Source: Paecilomyces variotii
Lineage: Eukaryota
Length of the DNA: 64,000 bases
NCBI GenBank assembly: GCA_004022145.1
Contig: RCNU01000001.1
Direction: 5' to 3' (one strand)
The translations under genes and the position numbers were made by a program. Within the stretch, counting starts at the first letter, position 1, and the number at the start of each line of letters is the position of its first letter. Shown one piece after another: positions 27,675-43,280 of this stretch. Below the pieces are notes generated by a model that saw only the letters and a list, made by a program, of their open reading frames with translations, was not told the origin of the DNA and ran no database searches.

Positions 27675-28221
27675 GTTGGTGGATTAGCATCAATTATGCT
27701 TTACAAACCGGAAAACGGGCGGTTGCTTCTTGCACAGTTGTATTGTCGGCACTTCGGGTTAATGGCATCAAGGCCAAGATCACGTGTCGAGCAGGTCCCG
27801 AATAGGCATTCTGACAGCCAGTATGCCCTTATATGAATATGAATTATAGCTGATTAAAGGTAAATCTATGCTTCAGTAAGGTCGATATTTGACTTCTTAG
27901 ATATGCGTTTTCTTTCTTTCATATCTTTGTTTCCACTCACAGTACTACGGCTCAGATCCGGAAAACGGAAGTAGCTAATACAGGAATCAACTTGTGCAGA
28001 AATGTAAACTATATGTTCATTGCTTTTTTTTTTAGATTTCTGATATATAACCGAGATATAAGCTATATATAATCTCACTGAAGCAGCTCGTTTGTCAACT
28101 GGCGACATGCAGGCTTCCAGATACAGACAGATGCCTTCTGTCGCTTCGAAACCTACAAGATCGTCGATACAAGATCAAGGAAGGGAACAATCAGACAAGA
28201 CTCGATGAAACATAGATCAGT

Positions 28222-29419
28222 TTAGAGCTTGTTCTTGGGACCGACAACCCGGAGCAATGCACGGCCATTGCTCAGAACGACCTTGCCATTCTGGTTCTTC
28301 GTAACGAAGCGGATCTCTTCGAATCCGTCCTGAAGGCTGCCAGTCCTCCAGATTTCTGTAGTCAGTTTATCACCTGGTATCACGGGTGCGGCGAACCGCG
28401 CCTGGAACTCCTTTAGGTTCTGGGGTTCACTACCGCCGAGCTCCTTTAAAATGCCGTGGGCTGCAGTGTTCCAGGCGAACAAACCATGCATGATGACGCC
28501 TCCGAAGCCCATATTCGCGCCTGGCTCTGGCGTAGCATGCAGAGGGTTGTAGTCACCATTGAGACTGTGCAGAGATTCAGCATATCGCTCTCTGGTTCAG
28601 AGAAACGTACGTGGTTTTAACTTACCGGTAAAGATGAGCTGATTCCTTGGTGCTCTGAACTACATGGACAACATCGGGTTTCTTGCCCTCTGGAGGAGGG
28701 AAGTTTACGGTGCTCGGGCCTGCAGAGAAGCGTACGTACAGGTCAGAGAGATCATATATTAAAAGATGTGCGTGAAAAGCTAGACTTACCCTTAGGACCA
28801 CCCCAGTTGCCCTGCCCGACAAAGAAGCTGCTTGTAACGGTCTTTGAATACACTTCCCCTGACTCTTTGTCGACAATGGACTGCTCCGTCTCGAGCACGG
28901 TACCGGGCTTTCCCTTGTCATACACGCCAATGACCTTGTTGCGTAGCTCGAACTTCTTGCCAGCACTGGTCGGGGGAAGAGGCTTGAACAGAGTGAGCTT
29001 GCGTTGCCCATCTACCACGCGGCGAGGGTCAAACTGGGGGACGCCCGGAATGGGATTCGACTTTTCGCGCGCATAGAAATCGGTGACTTCCTCATCCGTG
29101 AGCTTGAAAGCTGATCAGCGGAACATGGAATGATTAGCAGCCACATTACATGGAACGGGATTGCAATACTGTAAAAAACTTACGCAGAATAATCGAATAT
29201 GTCGGGAAAACTGCGAAGTTCGGATGAAGTTCCTGATATCGGTAAGCAGTTAGGGAAACTCGATCATTATCTGATATTGAATTTCTACGAGTGACGAACG
29301 TAGAGGAAATGCAGTTCATCAACAGTACAGCCTATACTGTTGGCGAAGAGCAAGACATCGCGCTTCAACCAGGATACCTCCTGCGCAGGGAACTCGTGGC
29401 CAGCTCCGGGACCGGACAT
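28222..29419 (-). CDS. Peroxisomal MaoC-type dehydratase (enoyl-CoA hydratase 2-like)
   Basis: WLKRDVLLFANSIG, YDKGKPG, YRLNGDYNPLH hydratase-2 motif, IMHGL and C-terminal PTS1-like NKL; four introns. Confidence 0.9.
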
Positions 29420-30058
29420 CTTGGGTTTGATTTTGCAAAACACGGACACTCAGGAGACACAACGCAAAAGCAACACTTTCAAGCCGGTCACTGGCTATAC
29501 GCGATAAATGTGCCAGAGAAGGATACAACTGCGACGTTCAACTTTTGTCGGCGGTTTGATCACGGTTTTGCGAGAAGTACAAGCACTGAGCCGGAAGCTC
29601 TCAAGCTGCGGGGCCGAGCTCGAAACACCGCCGGGAACCGAGGCAAAAAAGTAAGTTATAGTAACTACGGTGGCTAGAGTAGTATGTATTTTTCAACACG
29701 GTTAATTCATTGGGAATTTCCTATAAAGAGTTATGAGATCGGCAAAAATAATCTATTTTTATGCATATGCATGAATCTAAGTATCGGAGGTGGTGTGATT
29801 CAGCTTCGACTCGGGGTATCTATTTGCAAATGTCGAGGAGCTCCGAATTCGTCCCCTATGAAATTCACCTCCGTTAAAAGAATGATCGTACGCCGCTTGA
29901 TCCGATCCCCTTCCTTCCCGAACGCCCAAGAGTAAATGGGAAACAAGACCATTTAATCACCGAAAGCCAAATTTTCTCAATGCTACTTCATCCATAGTGA
30001 AACAGGGACTCAGATACAGTGGCATCTCCCCGAAGGAACGGACAATAAAAGTGCCAGA

Positions 30059-31463
<1,405 letters not shown>

Positions 31464-32207
31464 ATTGGACTGAAAGCCGAATGCGCCTAGAAGCGCAAAC
31501 ACTGATGATAGACGAAAAGGAAGAGGATCTTATGAAACACAGAAAAAACCAACCGCAAAGAAAAGTAAAGGTGTCTGCGGATGGAAAATGCGCCCCTCAA
31601 GCCCGTCTAAGCGACTTTTTTTGTTTCCTTAGAAATTCCCAACGCTAGTACAGGTATGGCGCCAGTGGCGCTATAACCAATGAGGACACGCGTCATGTGA
31701 TGATAGAAGCCCTGATCCAGATTAGGGCCAAGATCAGGGTCTAGACAATAATCAGTCAGTCCTGCTTCCATCCAAGAAGAATGAACTACTGTACAAGCTC
31801 TGACTCGAGCGGATGCCAGCCTTGTATAGTACTATGCAGCGCTTCATCTTCCTTCGTGAGGTGAATTCGAAGCGGTTGTATCTTCCCATCGTAAGGCGAT
31901 TCCCGCAGATGGCAGCATTTTAGCCAAAGACCATATGCTGCTACCTTAGGAAGGTTGCGTAAATCAAGATCTAAAATAAGTTGTCGACTCCGGCTGGAGG
32001 GAATGCAACTATTCTAATTAGATGTCATCGGGCTCTGATCGCAATACAGTCCTTCAGTTGAGGCGATGGGGAATCCCCATCACCCCTTAATTATAGACAG
32101 ATGCCAAGACTCGCTGTTCCCAAGTGCCGTTTTCCTCCGCCTTAAAGCGAAACGCGATTCTCCCTGCGCGCCCGTCACCGATCTGGTTACCATATGGATA
32201 ACTCATT

Positions 32208-33381
32208 ATGCACCTCACTGCTGGGAAGTGGCATTTGCGGACCTTTCTGGTCTTCACTATCTTTGCCCTGTTAATAGGCCAGTCTGCGGCTTCTCTGGGA
32301 GACAGGCTCCCTGAATTTAAAGAATGTGTCAAGGTAAACCGGATAGCAAGCATGGGTCACTGAGCTTCTTGTTAACTTCCAGAAGGTGTGCCAAATTGAG
32401 AATTGCGAGAATGGCCGCTCAAGCCTGCGTAAGTCTTCTCAATTCCACATGAAAATGTGCATTGCTCATTGATATCTTTGTTTACAGCCTTATACCTCCG
32501 TCTCATGCTATGGACATGTCCCGCCGAATGCGACTACACTTGCCAGCACATTATCACCGATCGCAGAGTCGCCCGCGAGCCGCCCATGCTGACGCCAGTG
32601 GTACAATTTCATGGGAAGTGGCCTTTTCGGAGGATCCTGGGCATGCAGGAGCCATTCTCTGTCCTTTTCTCCTTCTTCAACTTCATGGCTCACCACCAAG
32701 GAATGGCGAAAGTTCGGGAGTCGATTCCATCTTCATACCCTCTTCGCAAATACTATCTTGGATTTGGATACTGTGGCCTGGCAAGCTGGACTTTTAGCAT
32801 GCTGTTCCACACGAGGGATTTCCCGTTGACAGAAAAGCTGGATTATTTTGCGGCCGGCGCCAGCGTTATGTATGGGCTTTTCCTGTCCGTCGTCCGGATC
32901 TTCCGTCTCGATCGAGAGAGCCCACGATACAAGCCAAGTCTGCGACGCTACTGGATTACCTTGTGCAGCGTCCTGTACCTGATGCATGTTTCTTACCTGA
33001 GCTTCTGGTCTTGGGATTATACGTATAATATGGCGGCAAACGTTGTCGTGGGAATCATTCAGAACATACTATGGGTCGGTTTTAGTATCTATCGATACCG
33101 GAAACAGCTTAAGTCCTGGACTGCCTGGCCTGGAATGATTGTTGGGTGGATCATCCTCGCAATGAGTCTTGAGTTGCTGGATTTTCCTCCGTGGCACGAA
33201 CTTATTGATGCTCATAGCCTTTGGCATCTGGGAACCGTTTTACCCACAGTCTGGTGGTACTCGTAAGTCATATATCCACGGTCTTGCCTGCCTCGATCTC
33301 TCGACTGACTCGTCTTCTACATTTAGTTTCCTCATTACAGATGCCCAGGACGACATGGCCGGGGAGCGACTAAAATCTTAA
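32208..33381 (+). CDS. PER1: GPI-anchor remodelling protein Per1/PGAP3
   Basis: Signal peptide then ASLGDRLPEF; CDYTCQH, QFHGKWPF, FHTRD and IDAHSLWH; three introns. Confidence 0.93.
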
Positions 33382-33933
33382 CATAGTCGTCATTCCATCT
33401 TGTCCGTGTTTTATCGTTTTATATCCAAGATTAATTTCTAGCAGTTCTCTGCTAGTGGTGTATGATATCCTATTTGCTGAGCTGAGCACTAGGTCCAGCG
33501 ACCGGTGCGCGAATAAAGTCCATATATCATTATCACTGATGGAGTTTGTCCGATATCTGTATAGATCCAGTTTAGAGATTGCTGCAATAAGCTTATGGCC
33601 CAGGATTCGGCCACGATCTGAGCGCACACTCGGGCCGGTTGGAGTTAAAAGGCTTCCCCAGGTGCCGAGTGGATACTGGAGGATGAACAATGCAACGCTG
33701 TCCTTTCTGCCGCGGGGATGCAGTCCTCACCGCCTTCGTCCAGCTGCGCTCCTCGTGGCTCGTGCGCCTGTAACGTGCCCTCGATGTCTCACACCGTTCC
33801 ACGCTCTATGCCATTCCTTTTTAAGATCTCCATCTTCCCCCCCTCCTCTTTTCTCTCTGGTCTCACTTCTCCTGAATTCCTCGCGGTGAATCGATAAAAA
33901 AGTAACTTTCACATCCCCAATCCCGACGCCACA

Positions 33934-35905
33934 ATGGCGTCCCCGGAAGTTAGAAAGGCTATCTCGGAAGCCGCTTTGAAGTATGTGAAGCCGGAGGGGA
34001 AGGTGTTTGAATATGGTACTGCAGGAGTAAGTGAAAAGCACCAAAATACAAAACCAAACTTGAGCTGATCCGAGATACCCTGTAGTTTCGCATGAAAGCG
34101 TAAGCGTCAACCGTCGCTGAATTGACCCCGCCTTGGGTGTGCTGCGCCCCCCCGCGATCGATGCGCTAACTTGCTATCCGTACGGATAAACAGTGATCTG
34201 CTTAACACTGTTGTATTTGCAGTGGGATTGCTCGCAGGCCTCCGCTCGAAGAAGCTTAATGGACAATGGATCGGTGTCATGGTCACCGCGAGTCACAACC
34301 CCGCGGAGGACAATGGCGTCAAGTTGATCGACCCTATGGTAAGTTACGCAGGCTTCCGCTAGAGACGAAATTTGGCTGACACCTGCTGTCTGTAGGGGGA
34401 AATGTTGGAAGTGAGTACTGCGAAAAATACGGGAACTTTGATTGCATACTTATGGTGCTTTAGGCGGAGTGGGAAAAATATGCAACTAAGCTGGCCAACT
34501 GGCCGCTTGAAAACATTGGCGATGCCTACGATGAACTCATAAAGGAGATCGACGTCAACATGGATAATCCTGCGCGTGTCGTCTTCGCTCGCGATACCCG
34601 TGCCTCTGGATCTCGGCTCGTTGGGGTCTTGAATGCTGCACTCACTGCTACTCAGGTCGAGTTCTCTGATCTGAAGTACTTGACGACACCTCAACTCCAC
34701 TACATTGTGAGATGTAAGAACACTTTGGGGACGCAGTACGAGTATGGAGAACCCACGGAGCAGGGCTACTACGAGAAACTTGCCGAAGCTTTCAAGAGGG
34801 TTACGAAGGGTGTCAAAATCCAGGGGTCTCTCACAGTCGACTGCGCAAATGGTGTCGGTGGACCTAAGCTCAAAGAACTAGTCAAGTACCTGCCAAGCGC
34901 AGCAGAAGGCGGCATTGACATCAAGATCGTTAATGACAATGTTATCAACCCGGACAGCCTGAACTTTGAGGTAAGTATTTCCCACGGGACCACGTCTGGC
35001 GAGCGAACTGACCAGGACCCGTGTAGTGCGGTGCCGACTACGTAAAGACGAAGCAGCGTGCTCCGCCATCGTCCAAAGCCGGTGTGCTCGATCGTTGTGC
35101 ATCTCTGGATGGCGATGCTGATCGCTTGGTTTATTACTTTATCGATGAGAGCAACACTTTCAGACTTCTTGATGGAGACCGTATCGCTACCCTGGCGGCC
35201 TCCTTCATAGGTGACCTGGCACGTAGTGCCGGCATTGCTCAGAAGCTTAAGATCGGTGTCATCCAGACAGCTTATGCAAATGGCTCCAGCACAGACTACA
35301 TTGAGAAGGTGCTCAAAGTTGCAACCGTCTGCACGAACACTGGCGTAAAGCACCTTCACCATGCTGCTCTGAGGTTCGATGTGGGCGTCTACTTCGAAGC
35401 CAACGGACACGGAACGATCACATTTTCCGAGAATGCACTGAAGGTCATTAAGAACAGCGAGCCACAGTCCCCCGCGCAGCAGCACGCGCTTGATTGTCTC
35501 AATGGCCTTACCGATCTGATTAACCAAGCCGTCGGTGATGCTTTGTCGGATATGCTTCTTGTGGAGGTCATCCTTGCTCATAAGAACTGGGGCCCCAAGG
35601 AATGGTTGGCAACCTACACCGATCTTCCCTCTCGCCTGGTTCGTGTTGAGGTGGCCGATCGGTCTATCTTCAAGGCATATGATGCTGAGCGTAAACTCGA
35701 ATCTCCTCCTGGACTCCAGGCCAAGATCGACTCCCTCCAGTCCCGCTACAATAAGGGCAGAAGTTTCGCCCGAGCAAGTGGAACCGAAGATGCTGTTCGC
35801 GTCTATGCCGAAGCAGCCAGCCGCTCTGAAGCAGACGATCTCGCAACACGCGTGGCAAATGCTGTTCGTGAGGCTGGTGCTGTGAAGGAAATCGTACAGT
35901 CTTAA
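33934..35905 (+). CDS. PCM1: Phosphoacetylglucosamine mutase (AGM1/PGM3)
   Basis: YGTAGFR, TASHNP phosphoserine loop, DGDADR metal loop, FEANGHG and RASGTED. Microexons 34086-34099 and 34396-34410. Confidence 0.96.
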
Positions 35906-36553
35906 ATGAATCAGCACTTACCAACCTTCCATTTTCACATTTGTGTCTTCCCATTCCTCCAATTTTCTGATGCGGGTAGGAATATACTAGAGGAATGGTT
36001 ACCTATCTTGTGGGCTAATAATGGTGGAAGGAACGTGCAGACTGTAGCAGATAGTGCGGGTCCCTTTGGTACCCGTCACCCGCAATCGCGGCTATCTTTT
36101 TTTGGGAAAAAGTGAAGATACCAGAATTTTTGACACGTCTTATTTGATGCGCAGATAAATATATAATAGAGATCAATTTAAACAGTTCTATGATCAACTT
36201 GAGATTACATGCTCAGGCGCCGTAAATACAAGCGGGGATTATTAACAAACAGGTCATTCCACCCCGGGAATTCAATAGTAGAAAAAGGTACACATTTTGA
36301 TGAGCCTTCTTGGAAACGACTCCTAGTTGTTTATGTTCCGTGATCAATAAGTTAGTGCTGGGTGGCTTGCTCAGTATGATGCGTGCAGATTGAAAGTAGA
36401 TCATGCTTGACTATGTCTGAAGTCGAATTGGTAGGAATAAAATACCCCATGCTAGCAATAGAAGGGTATTTTCAGGTAGAATCCTTATTACAGTCGTACG
36501 AAATAATAAACGCCATACATATCGTAAGAATCACTTTTTCAGCGGCAACCTTT

Positions 36554-38049
36554 TTAGCCTTCCTCCTTATCCATCTCGTCACGAGAACGTTTAAATCTTC
36601 TGCCCTTCAATGTTGCTCCTCTTGTGCCTCTCTTCTCGTGTAGATCCTTCATCTCTGTGATAGCCTGTCGCTGCGCTTCCGCCACTCGGTCTGCCAGAAC
36701 CATGACCTCATCCTTTTCGGCCTCGTACTCTGATAGCTTCTTGCCCAGAGCTTTCTCGATACGTAGCCAGAGCTCGATGTCGTACTGTGTTACCAAACTA
36801 ATGGCATGTCCAGATTTTCCGGCACGTGCTGTTCGACCAACTCGGTGAATGTACGTCTTGCTGTCCGGTGGAAGATCATAGTTCAGGACGACATCGACGG
36901 AGGGAATATCCAGACCACGGGCCGCAACATCGGTCGCAACGAGAATATCTCTGCTGCGAGAACGGAACTTGCCCAGTGCTCCCAGACGGGCGGACTGAGA
37001 GAGTTGTCCGTGAAGCGGGATGGCACCGAATCCTAGTGCGCGAAGGAGGATAGCGATACGTTGTGTCTCGTTGACCGTGCGCGTGAAAATGATGGCGGAC
37101 TGACCGGCGAATTCGTTCAGGAGATATACAAGATAGATATCCTTGTGTTTGTGTGGGCGGAACAAGAAAGACTGGAGAAGGGTCGAGACTGTCTGGTACT
37201 TATTCGAGGATATAGACACTCGGAGCGGGTTCTGGAGCGAAGCACGCTGCAAAGACTCAACCTTGCTGCTCATTGTCGCGGAGAACAGATAGGTACGTCG
37301 CTCTCTAGGAAGGGCCTTGAGGATCTTATCGAGGATGGGACCGAAGTCCATGTCCAGGAGCCGATCGGCCTCATCCATAACGAGGTATTTCAGACCCCGT
37401 AGCGAGAAACCCTTGGTGTTCTCCAGGTGGTCCATCAGACGACCTGGAGTCGCAACGATGATATGAGGTTTCTTTCCGAGTGCGATAGCCTGCGGCACCA
37501 TATCCATTCCTCCGACAATGACTGCGGATCGAACCGCTATCGTCGAACCCAGAGCTTCAAAGGATTGCGAGATCTGATACGCCAATTCTCGGGTCGGGGC
37601 CAGTACCAGGCCGAATAGCGACTGCGGCTTTTCCATTAAGGCCTCTACAACATTGTTAGTCACTGTCCATACAGGAGTTTGGGTTGGTCGACCATACGAA
37701 GAATGGGGAGAGCAAATGCTGCTGTCTTTCCTGATCCAGTCTCCGCCAGACCGATCAAGTCGCGGCCTTGCAAGGCTAGTGGAATAGCCTCAGCCTGAAT
37801 AGCAGTAGGCGCCTTGTATCCCAGGGCATCGCAAGCTTCACAGAGAGGTTCGATGACTCCTAAATCTCTGAAAGTCTTAGGAGCGGTCTTTGCGGGGGTA
37901 GCTCCCTCATCCTGGTCGTGCTCCGGATCGCGATTCGTATCATTTTCGACAGGGCTAGAAGGCCTTGATGACTCTATATCGCCAGCTTCAGAGGACGCTG
38001 AAGACGCTGAGCCCTCATGGGCGACCTTTCTCTTCTTTATCGCCGGCAT
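36554..38049 (-). CDS. RRP3: DEAD-box rRNA helicase Rrp3
   Basis: [21 protein letters not shown] and [10 protein letters not shown]. Intron 37645-37697. Confidence 0.93.
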
Positions 38050-38265
38050 TATTGTGATTGTCGAACCGCCGCGGAATTTTTGGGCGAAGTGGACCGGCGA
38101 TAAGCAAAGAGAAAATTAATTTTGGCGTGCCGCAAAATCGATGATCCGGGCTGCTTCTTCGACCCAATTTTGTTCCCGCCGACAAGAAGAAAAAGTTGCA
38201 GGTCGCAACATTATTACTTGGACAATTTCATTCTTCTCTTAAGTCTCTTTTGTTATTGTTCAAAC
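38050..38265. promoter_or_regulatory. Bidirectional promoter RRP3/SSF1
   Basis: 216 bp between divergent ATGs of two ribosome-biogenesis genes, with AATTTT tracts. Confidence 0.7.
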
Positions 38266-39666
38266 ATGGCGAAGAGACGTGTCAAGAAGCGCACTCACCG
38301 TCCGGTGCAGACCAGCTCCGGCACGGTCAAAAATGGCGCTGCATCCATGAACCGATCTCCAAAGTCCATGGTCATTCGCATTGGCGCTTCAGAAGTCGGT
38401 TCGAGCGTTAGCCAGCTGGTCAAGGATGTGCGGTTGATGATGGAGCCTGATACAGCGAGTCGGTTGAAGGTGAGACCTGGAGCAGATATTGTTCAGGTAG
38501 ACATTGTCTAATAGTGGCATTCTTAGGAACGCAAATCGAACAAATTGAAGGACTATACGACCATGGCTGGTCCACTGGGAGTCACTCACTTTCTACTGTT
38601 TTCAAAATCTAGCACAGGGAACACAAATATGCGCCTGGCGCTGACTCCTCGCGGGCCGACTCTACATTTCAAGATTGAAAATTATTCACTCTGCAAAGAC
38701 GTCGCCAGAGCGCAAAAGCACCCAAGAACTGGCGGCCAAGATCACAAGACACCTCCTCTTCTGGTCATGAATAATTTCAACTCCCCCGGTGCAACTGAGA
38801 AATCGAAGGTGCCAAAGCACCTCGAATCCCTTGCAACGACAGTGTTTCAGTCACTCTTTCCTCCTATCTCCCCGCAGACAACACCTCTTACCTCCATTCG
38901 TCGTATTATGCTAGTCAACAGAGAGCTCGGCCCCGCAACAGGCGACGGTCAGGACGCGTACGTTCTGAACGTGAGACATTACGCTATCACGACAAGGAAG
39001 ACGGGTATACCGAAGCGGATCAGACGACTAGATGCGACTGAACTGCGTCATAAAGACAAAAAGAAGTCGGCTATTCCAAACCTGGGAAAGTTGGATGATG
39101 CTGCAGACTACCTGCTTGACCCATCGGCGGCTGGCTACACCTCTGCTAGTGAGACGGAGCTCGACACGGATGCGGAAGTCGAGGTGGCAGGCACTACGAC
39201 GAAGAAGGTTCTGAACAAGCGTGAACTTCAGCGTATGAAAGCTGGGGAGAAGAAGCCTGAAAGGATGACCACCAACTCAGGTGTGGAAAAGCGAGCAGTA
39301 AAATTAGTCGAACTCGGTCCGCGTATGAAGCTGAGATTGACTAAAGTCGAAGAAGGCATGTGCGGAGGCAGAGTTATGTGGCACGCTTTCAAGTCCAAGA
39401 CCGAGTCCGAAATCAAGCAGATGGATGCTGCTTGGGACAAAAAGATCAAAGAGAAGGAGCAGCGCAAGAAGGAGCAGAGAGAAAATGTCGAGAGAAAGAA
39501 GGCTGAGAAGGCCAAGGCTAAAGCCAACGGAGAAGCTGTCAGTGACGATGAGGAAGAGGAGGACGAGGATGAGGACATGGATGAGTGGGAGAGCGACGAA
39601 TATGATGAAGATGCGGAAGTCGAAGATCAAGACGAGGGGAGTGACGACGAGTCTATGGAAGAATGA
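38266..39666 (+). CDS. SSF1: Brix-domain 60S biogenesis factor Ssf1/Ssf2 (Peter Pan)
   Basis: MMEPDTASRLKER, PRGPTLHF, LVELGPRM sigma70-like motif and acidic tail. Intron 38470-38526. Confidence 0.93.
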
Positions 39667-40320
39667 GCCTAAGGATCTGAGACCATTGAGAGCCACTGGT
39701 GGTCAAACGTTTGATGCTAAGGTCACATTCGAATGACTCGTTCCTAGTTCTCAGCTCCCTTCGATAATGATGGGATGCTAATCGTGACGCTGGAATACTG
39801 TTTCCGGCCAGATTCATACATCAATACTGTGTGACTGCACTCAGTCTACACGGGGCAAGATATGGATATTATGCCTTGCATGCTCTCGAACCGCGCTGCT
39901 GCGTGTTGGGACCAGTGTATATGATCTGGGTATACCCATTCTCTTCTTGCGCCGACTTCCCCACCGCGGTGGTGAAGTTAGACCCCATTCCGTTCCGATG
40001 AGGGACCTTCAGGGTCACTGGCGGAACCAGGACGTCCACATCCCATTCATTGCCGGGGTTGGAGTTTCATTTGACTGTCAAAGGTTTGCGATTGGATTAT
40101 TCCTGTGATAGTTATTCTATCCTCTCAGGGACCAGAGGAAAGGAGTTCTATATTCTACGCCGTTGCATGTTCCTCGAAAATGGGCCTTTCTTCTATGTAT
40201 AGAGCATAATAAGAATATCTGAACAATTCGATGAACAAAAATTTTGATTTCATACACTTGCCGTACGTAATTTTGTCAAAGGCGCTGCTCATCATCGCAC
40301 CATATTATCATTAGTTCTTT

Positions 40321-41172
40321 TCATTTCTTGAGCTTTTCTTCAACGATCCTTGAGACCATCTTCTCCAGAATGTTGAAGTCCCCGCCAGCGCTTCCAGCAA
40401 AGTAGCCCTGGACACTCTTCTCAACGTATTTGCCCACCTGGTCGACCTCGACATTCACCTCTTCTCCGGGCTTCTTGGATGCAGTGACAATCTTCTCCTG
40501 CGTATACGCGATGAGCATCACTTCCCAGTATCCATCCTCTCCATCGACGACCTTGGTCACAGTCAGACTGGCTCCATCCAACGTCACAAACCCCTTCTCC
40601 ACGATGTATCTCAAGACACTCTTGTCCCGAGGCTGCAGTCTGAACGTAAGCGCGTTCCCGTCTGGGGTGACTGAGAGGATCTTCGCGGTGGTGTCGACAT
40701 GGCCCTGGACGAAGTGACCGCCCATACGAGTCGTCGCAGAGACGGCGCGTTCAAGATTGACGCGCGAGTTGGTCTGTAAGGATCCAAGGTTCGTGCGTCT
40801 CAGGGTCTCAGGCGCAACCCCGACCTTGAACCAGGTCTTATCGAAGGAGGTGACGGTGAGACATGTTCCTTTTCATTCGCGATGGTTTATCTCAGCAAGT
40901 AGTTCGTTTTCCAGACATTAATATGTTAGATTTAAGAATCACATGTCATTTACATACCGTTCACAGAGATGCTATCTCCCAGATGCGCATCTGTAAGGAT
41001 CTCCTCGCAGTCAGATATTGTCAACGACGTTCCCCCGCCCCCGCTTGCGGTGGTGTCGAGGGGCTCGAGGGACGTGACCGCTAAAACATGGTCAGCTCTG
41101 CGGGACTCTGCGAGTCTATTCCTATGCTCCGTGAGACTCACTCCCGATCGTCTCAACGAGACCGGTAAACAT
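40321..41172 (-). CDS. RIB5: Riboflavin synthase alpha chain
   Basis: N-terminal MFTGLVE, GDSISVNGTCLTV, VNLER and MGGHFVQGHVD. Introns 41081-41141 and 40869-40957. Confidence 0.96.
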
Positions 41173-41387
41173 GGCGACGAAAGTGTATATAATTTAGTGA
41201 CACATCCGATCGTCGACGGATCTTCCGGGAAAGGTGAGCAGTGCGATTGCGGGAGCTGACCTCGGCTTCGTGGGGCTTTCTCGGAGCTCTGGCCGTAGCG
41301 CTACGATCTCCGCAACCATTGAAGCTGCCCGCAGCTGCAGTTAATTCTACATCCGAGGAGATTCCCAGACTAATTGCTGGAACAATA

Positions 41388-43038
41388 ATGGGTGTCTCTC
41401 TGGCATTGCGGACCGTCGCGCGGCGGCCAATTCTGTCGACCTTTGGTCTGAATCGAACAGCACAATGGCGGTGCTTATCGACGGGAATTCCTCTGCCAGA
41501 CGGTACGCTTCCACTGGAGGGTATACGCGTTTTGGACATGACTAGAGTGCTTGCGGGTGTAAGTTTTCTTGGGGGGCTGAATTGCATATGGACTGTGTCT
41601 GCGAAGATGCTGATCTCCGTTTTCTATTAAGCCCTATTGTACGCAGATTCTTGGAGATTTGGGGTAGGTGCATCGCATCAGTCGAAACAGACTGCCGCCG
41701 ACTTTCGACACTAGCCGTGAATATATTTGCTCAACATACAAATTTCCATAGAGCAGATGTTATTAAGATCGAACACCCTGTCCGAGGTGATGACACCCGA
41801 GCGTGGGGACCGCCCTATGCGAAGTATAAGGAAGGGTCAAAGGAAGGCCCCGGTGAAAGTGCATATTACTTGGCTGTACTGCATCCTTCGTAATCACATC
41901 ACAGGATCAAGCTGACAACGTCAAGGTGAATCGGAACAAGAAATCAGTCGGCCTCTCGTTTGCCCATAAGGCAGGCGTGGAAATCCTACACAAGCTTGCG
42001 CGGGAATGCGATGTATTGGTTGAGAACTATCTTCCTGGCAACCTGAAGAAGTACAATATGGATTACGAGACACTGAGCAAGATAAACCCCAAGTTGATCT
42101 ATGCGAGTATCACTGGTTATGGACAAACTGGCCCATACAGCAACAGGGCTGGTTACGACGTTATGGTAGAAGCGGAGATGGGTTTGATGCACATCACAGG
42201 ATCCAGGGACGGTCCACCGGTAAAAGTGGGAGTTGCTGTCACAGATCTTACGACAGGATTGTATACTTCCAATGCGATCATGGCTGCACTTCTCGCAAGA
42301 GTTAGAACAGGTAGAGGCCAGCATATCGATGCTTGTCTGAGTGACTGCCAGGTGGCCACTCTCTCGAACCTGGCGAGCTCCGCATTGATTTCCGGAGAGA
42401 AGGATTCAGGACGATGGGGTACAGCACACCGTAAGTGGCTTAATTCCGACCCCCTGCCAAAAGCCGGCTGACGCCTTTTAGCATCTATCGTACCATACAG
42501 AAGCTACAAGACACTCGATGGCGACATTCTCTTCGGCGGAGGCAACGACAGATTGTTCGGAGTTTTGAGCGACAGACTTGGTCACCCAGAGTGGAAAGAA
42601 GACCCTCGATTTGTCACGAACAGTGTCCGAGTAAAACATCGCGCGGATATTGACGGCATGATTGAAGAGATCACGAAACAGAAGACAACGCAAGAATGGC
42701 TGGAGATCTTCGAAGGGAGCGGTATGCCATATGCTGCCGTCAATGACATCCAAGGCACACTAAACCACAAGCATGGTGAGTCTTCAGAAGGCAGACAAGT
42801 GCAGGAATTTACTAATAATTCGACAGTCCAAGCTCGAGGGATGGTTCAAGAAATCGAACATCCAGCCTGCGGCCCCATCAAGCTTGTGAACACGCCCATT
42901 AAGTACTCCCACGCCAATCCCAGTATCAGAACCCCCCCTCCAACCCTCGGCCAACACACCGACGAGGTCCTTGGCGGAATTCTAGGATATGGTGAAAATG
43001 AAATCCGTCAATTGAAGAAGGATGGGGTGGTATCGTAG
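41388..43038 (+). CDS. Family III (CaiB/BaiF) CoA-transferase, SUGCT-like, probably mitochondrial
   Basis: PLEGIRVLDMTRVLAGP, GADVIKIE, GDDTRAWGPP, NRNKKS, GYD active-site Asp and PPTLGQHT; Arg-rich presequence; five introns. Confidence 0.92.
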
Positions 43039-43280
43039 AGTATAGACGCTCCGTTTGTGAACCCGATCAAAGGAGGGAGTTAACCACAATGATATCTCCG
43101 GCCAGATGGAATGCGCAAATCTTCACTTGCACAGCCATGTTCTGGAGCATAGTGTAAATACACACATATATAAGTCTTTTGATATGCAGAGATTACCAAC
43201 AGCCTTGCAGCATTGATATTAAGCGGAGTTGTCATCGCAGCAGTAATGCCGTTCTCGATCGGGGTGGGGAAACGGATACT

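Noticed and set aside
34769..35917. 382-aa antisense ORF, and similar antisense ORFs over RPT5 and the giant protein
   Set aside because: Shadow ORFs caused by codon bias of the real genes on the opposite strand.
39667..40320. Possible ncRNA between the convergent SSF1 and RIB5 genes (palindrome CCACCGCGGTGG near 39961)
   Set aside because: No convincing C/D or H/ACA boxes or RNase P/MRP motifs; consistent with 3' UTRs.
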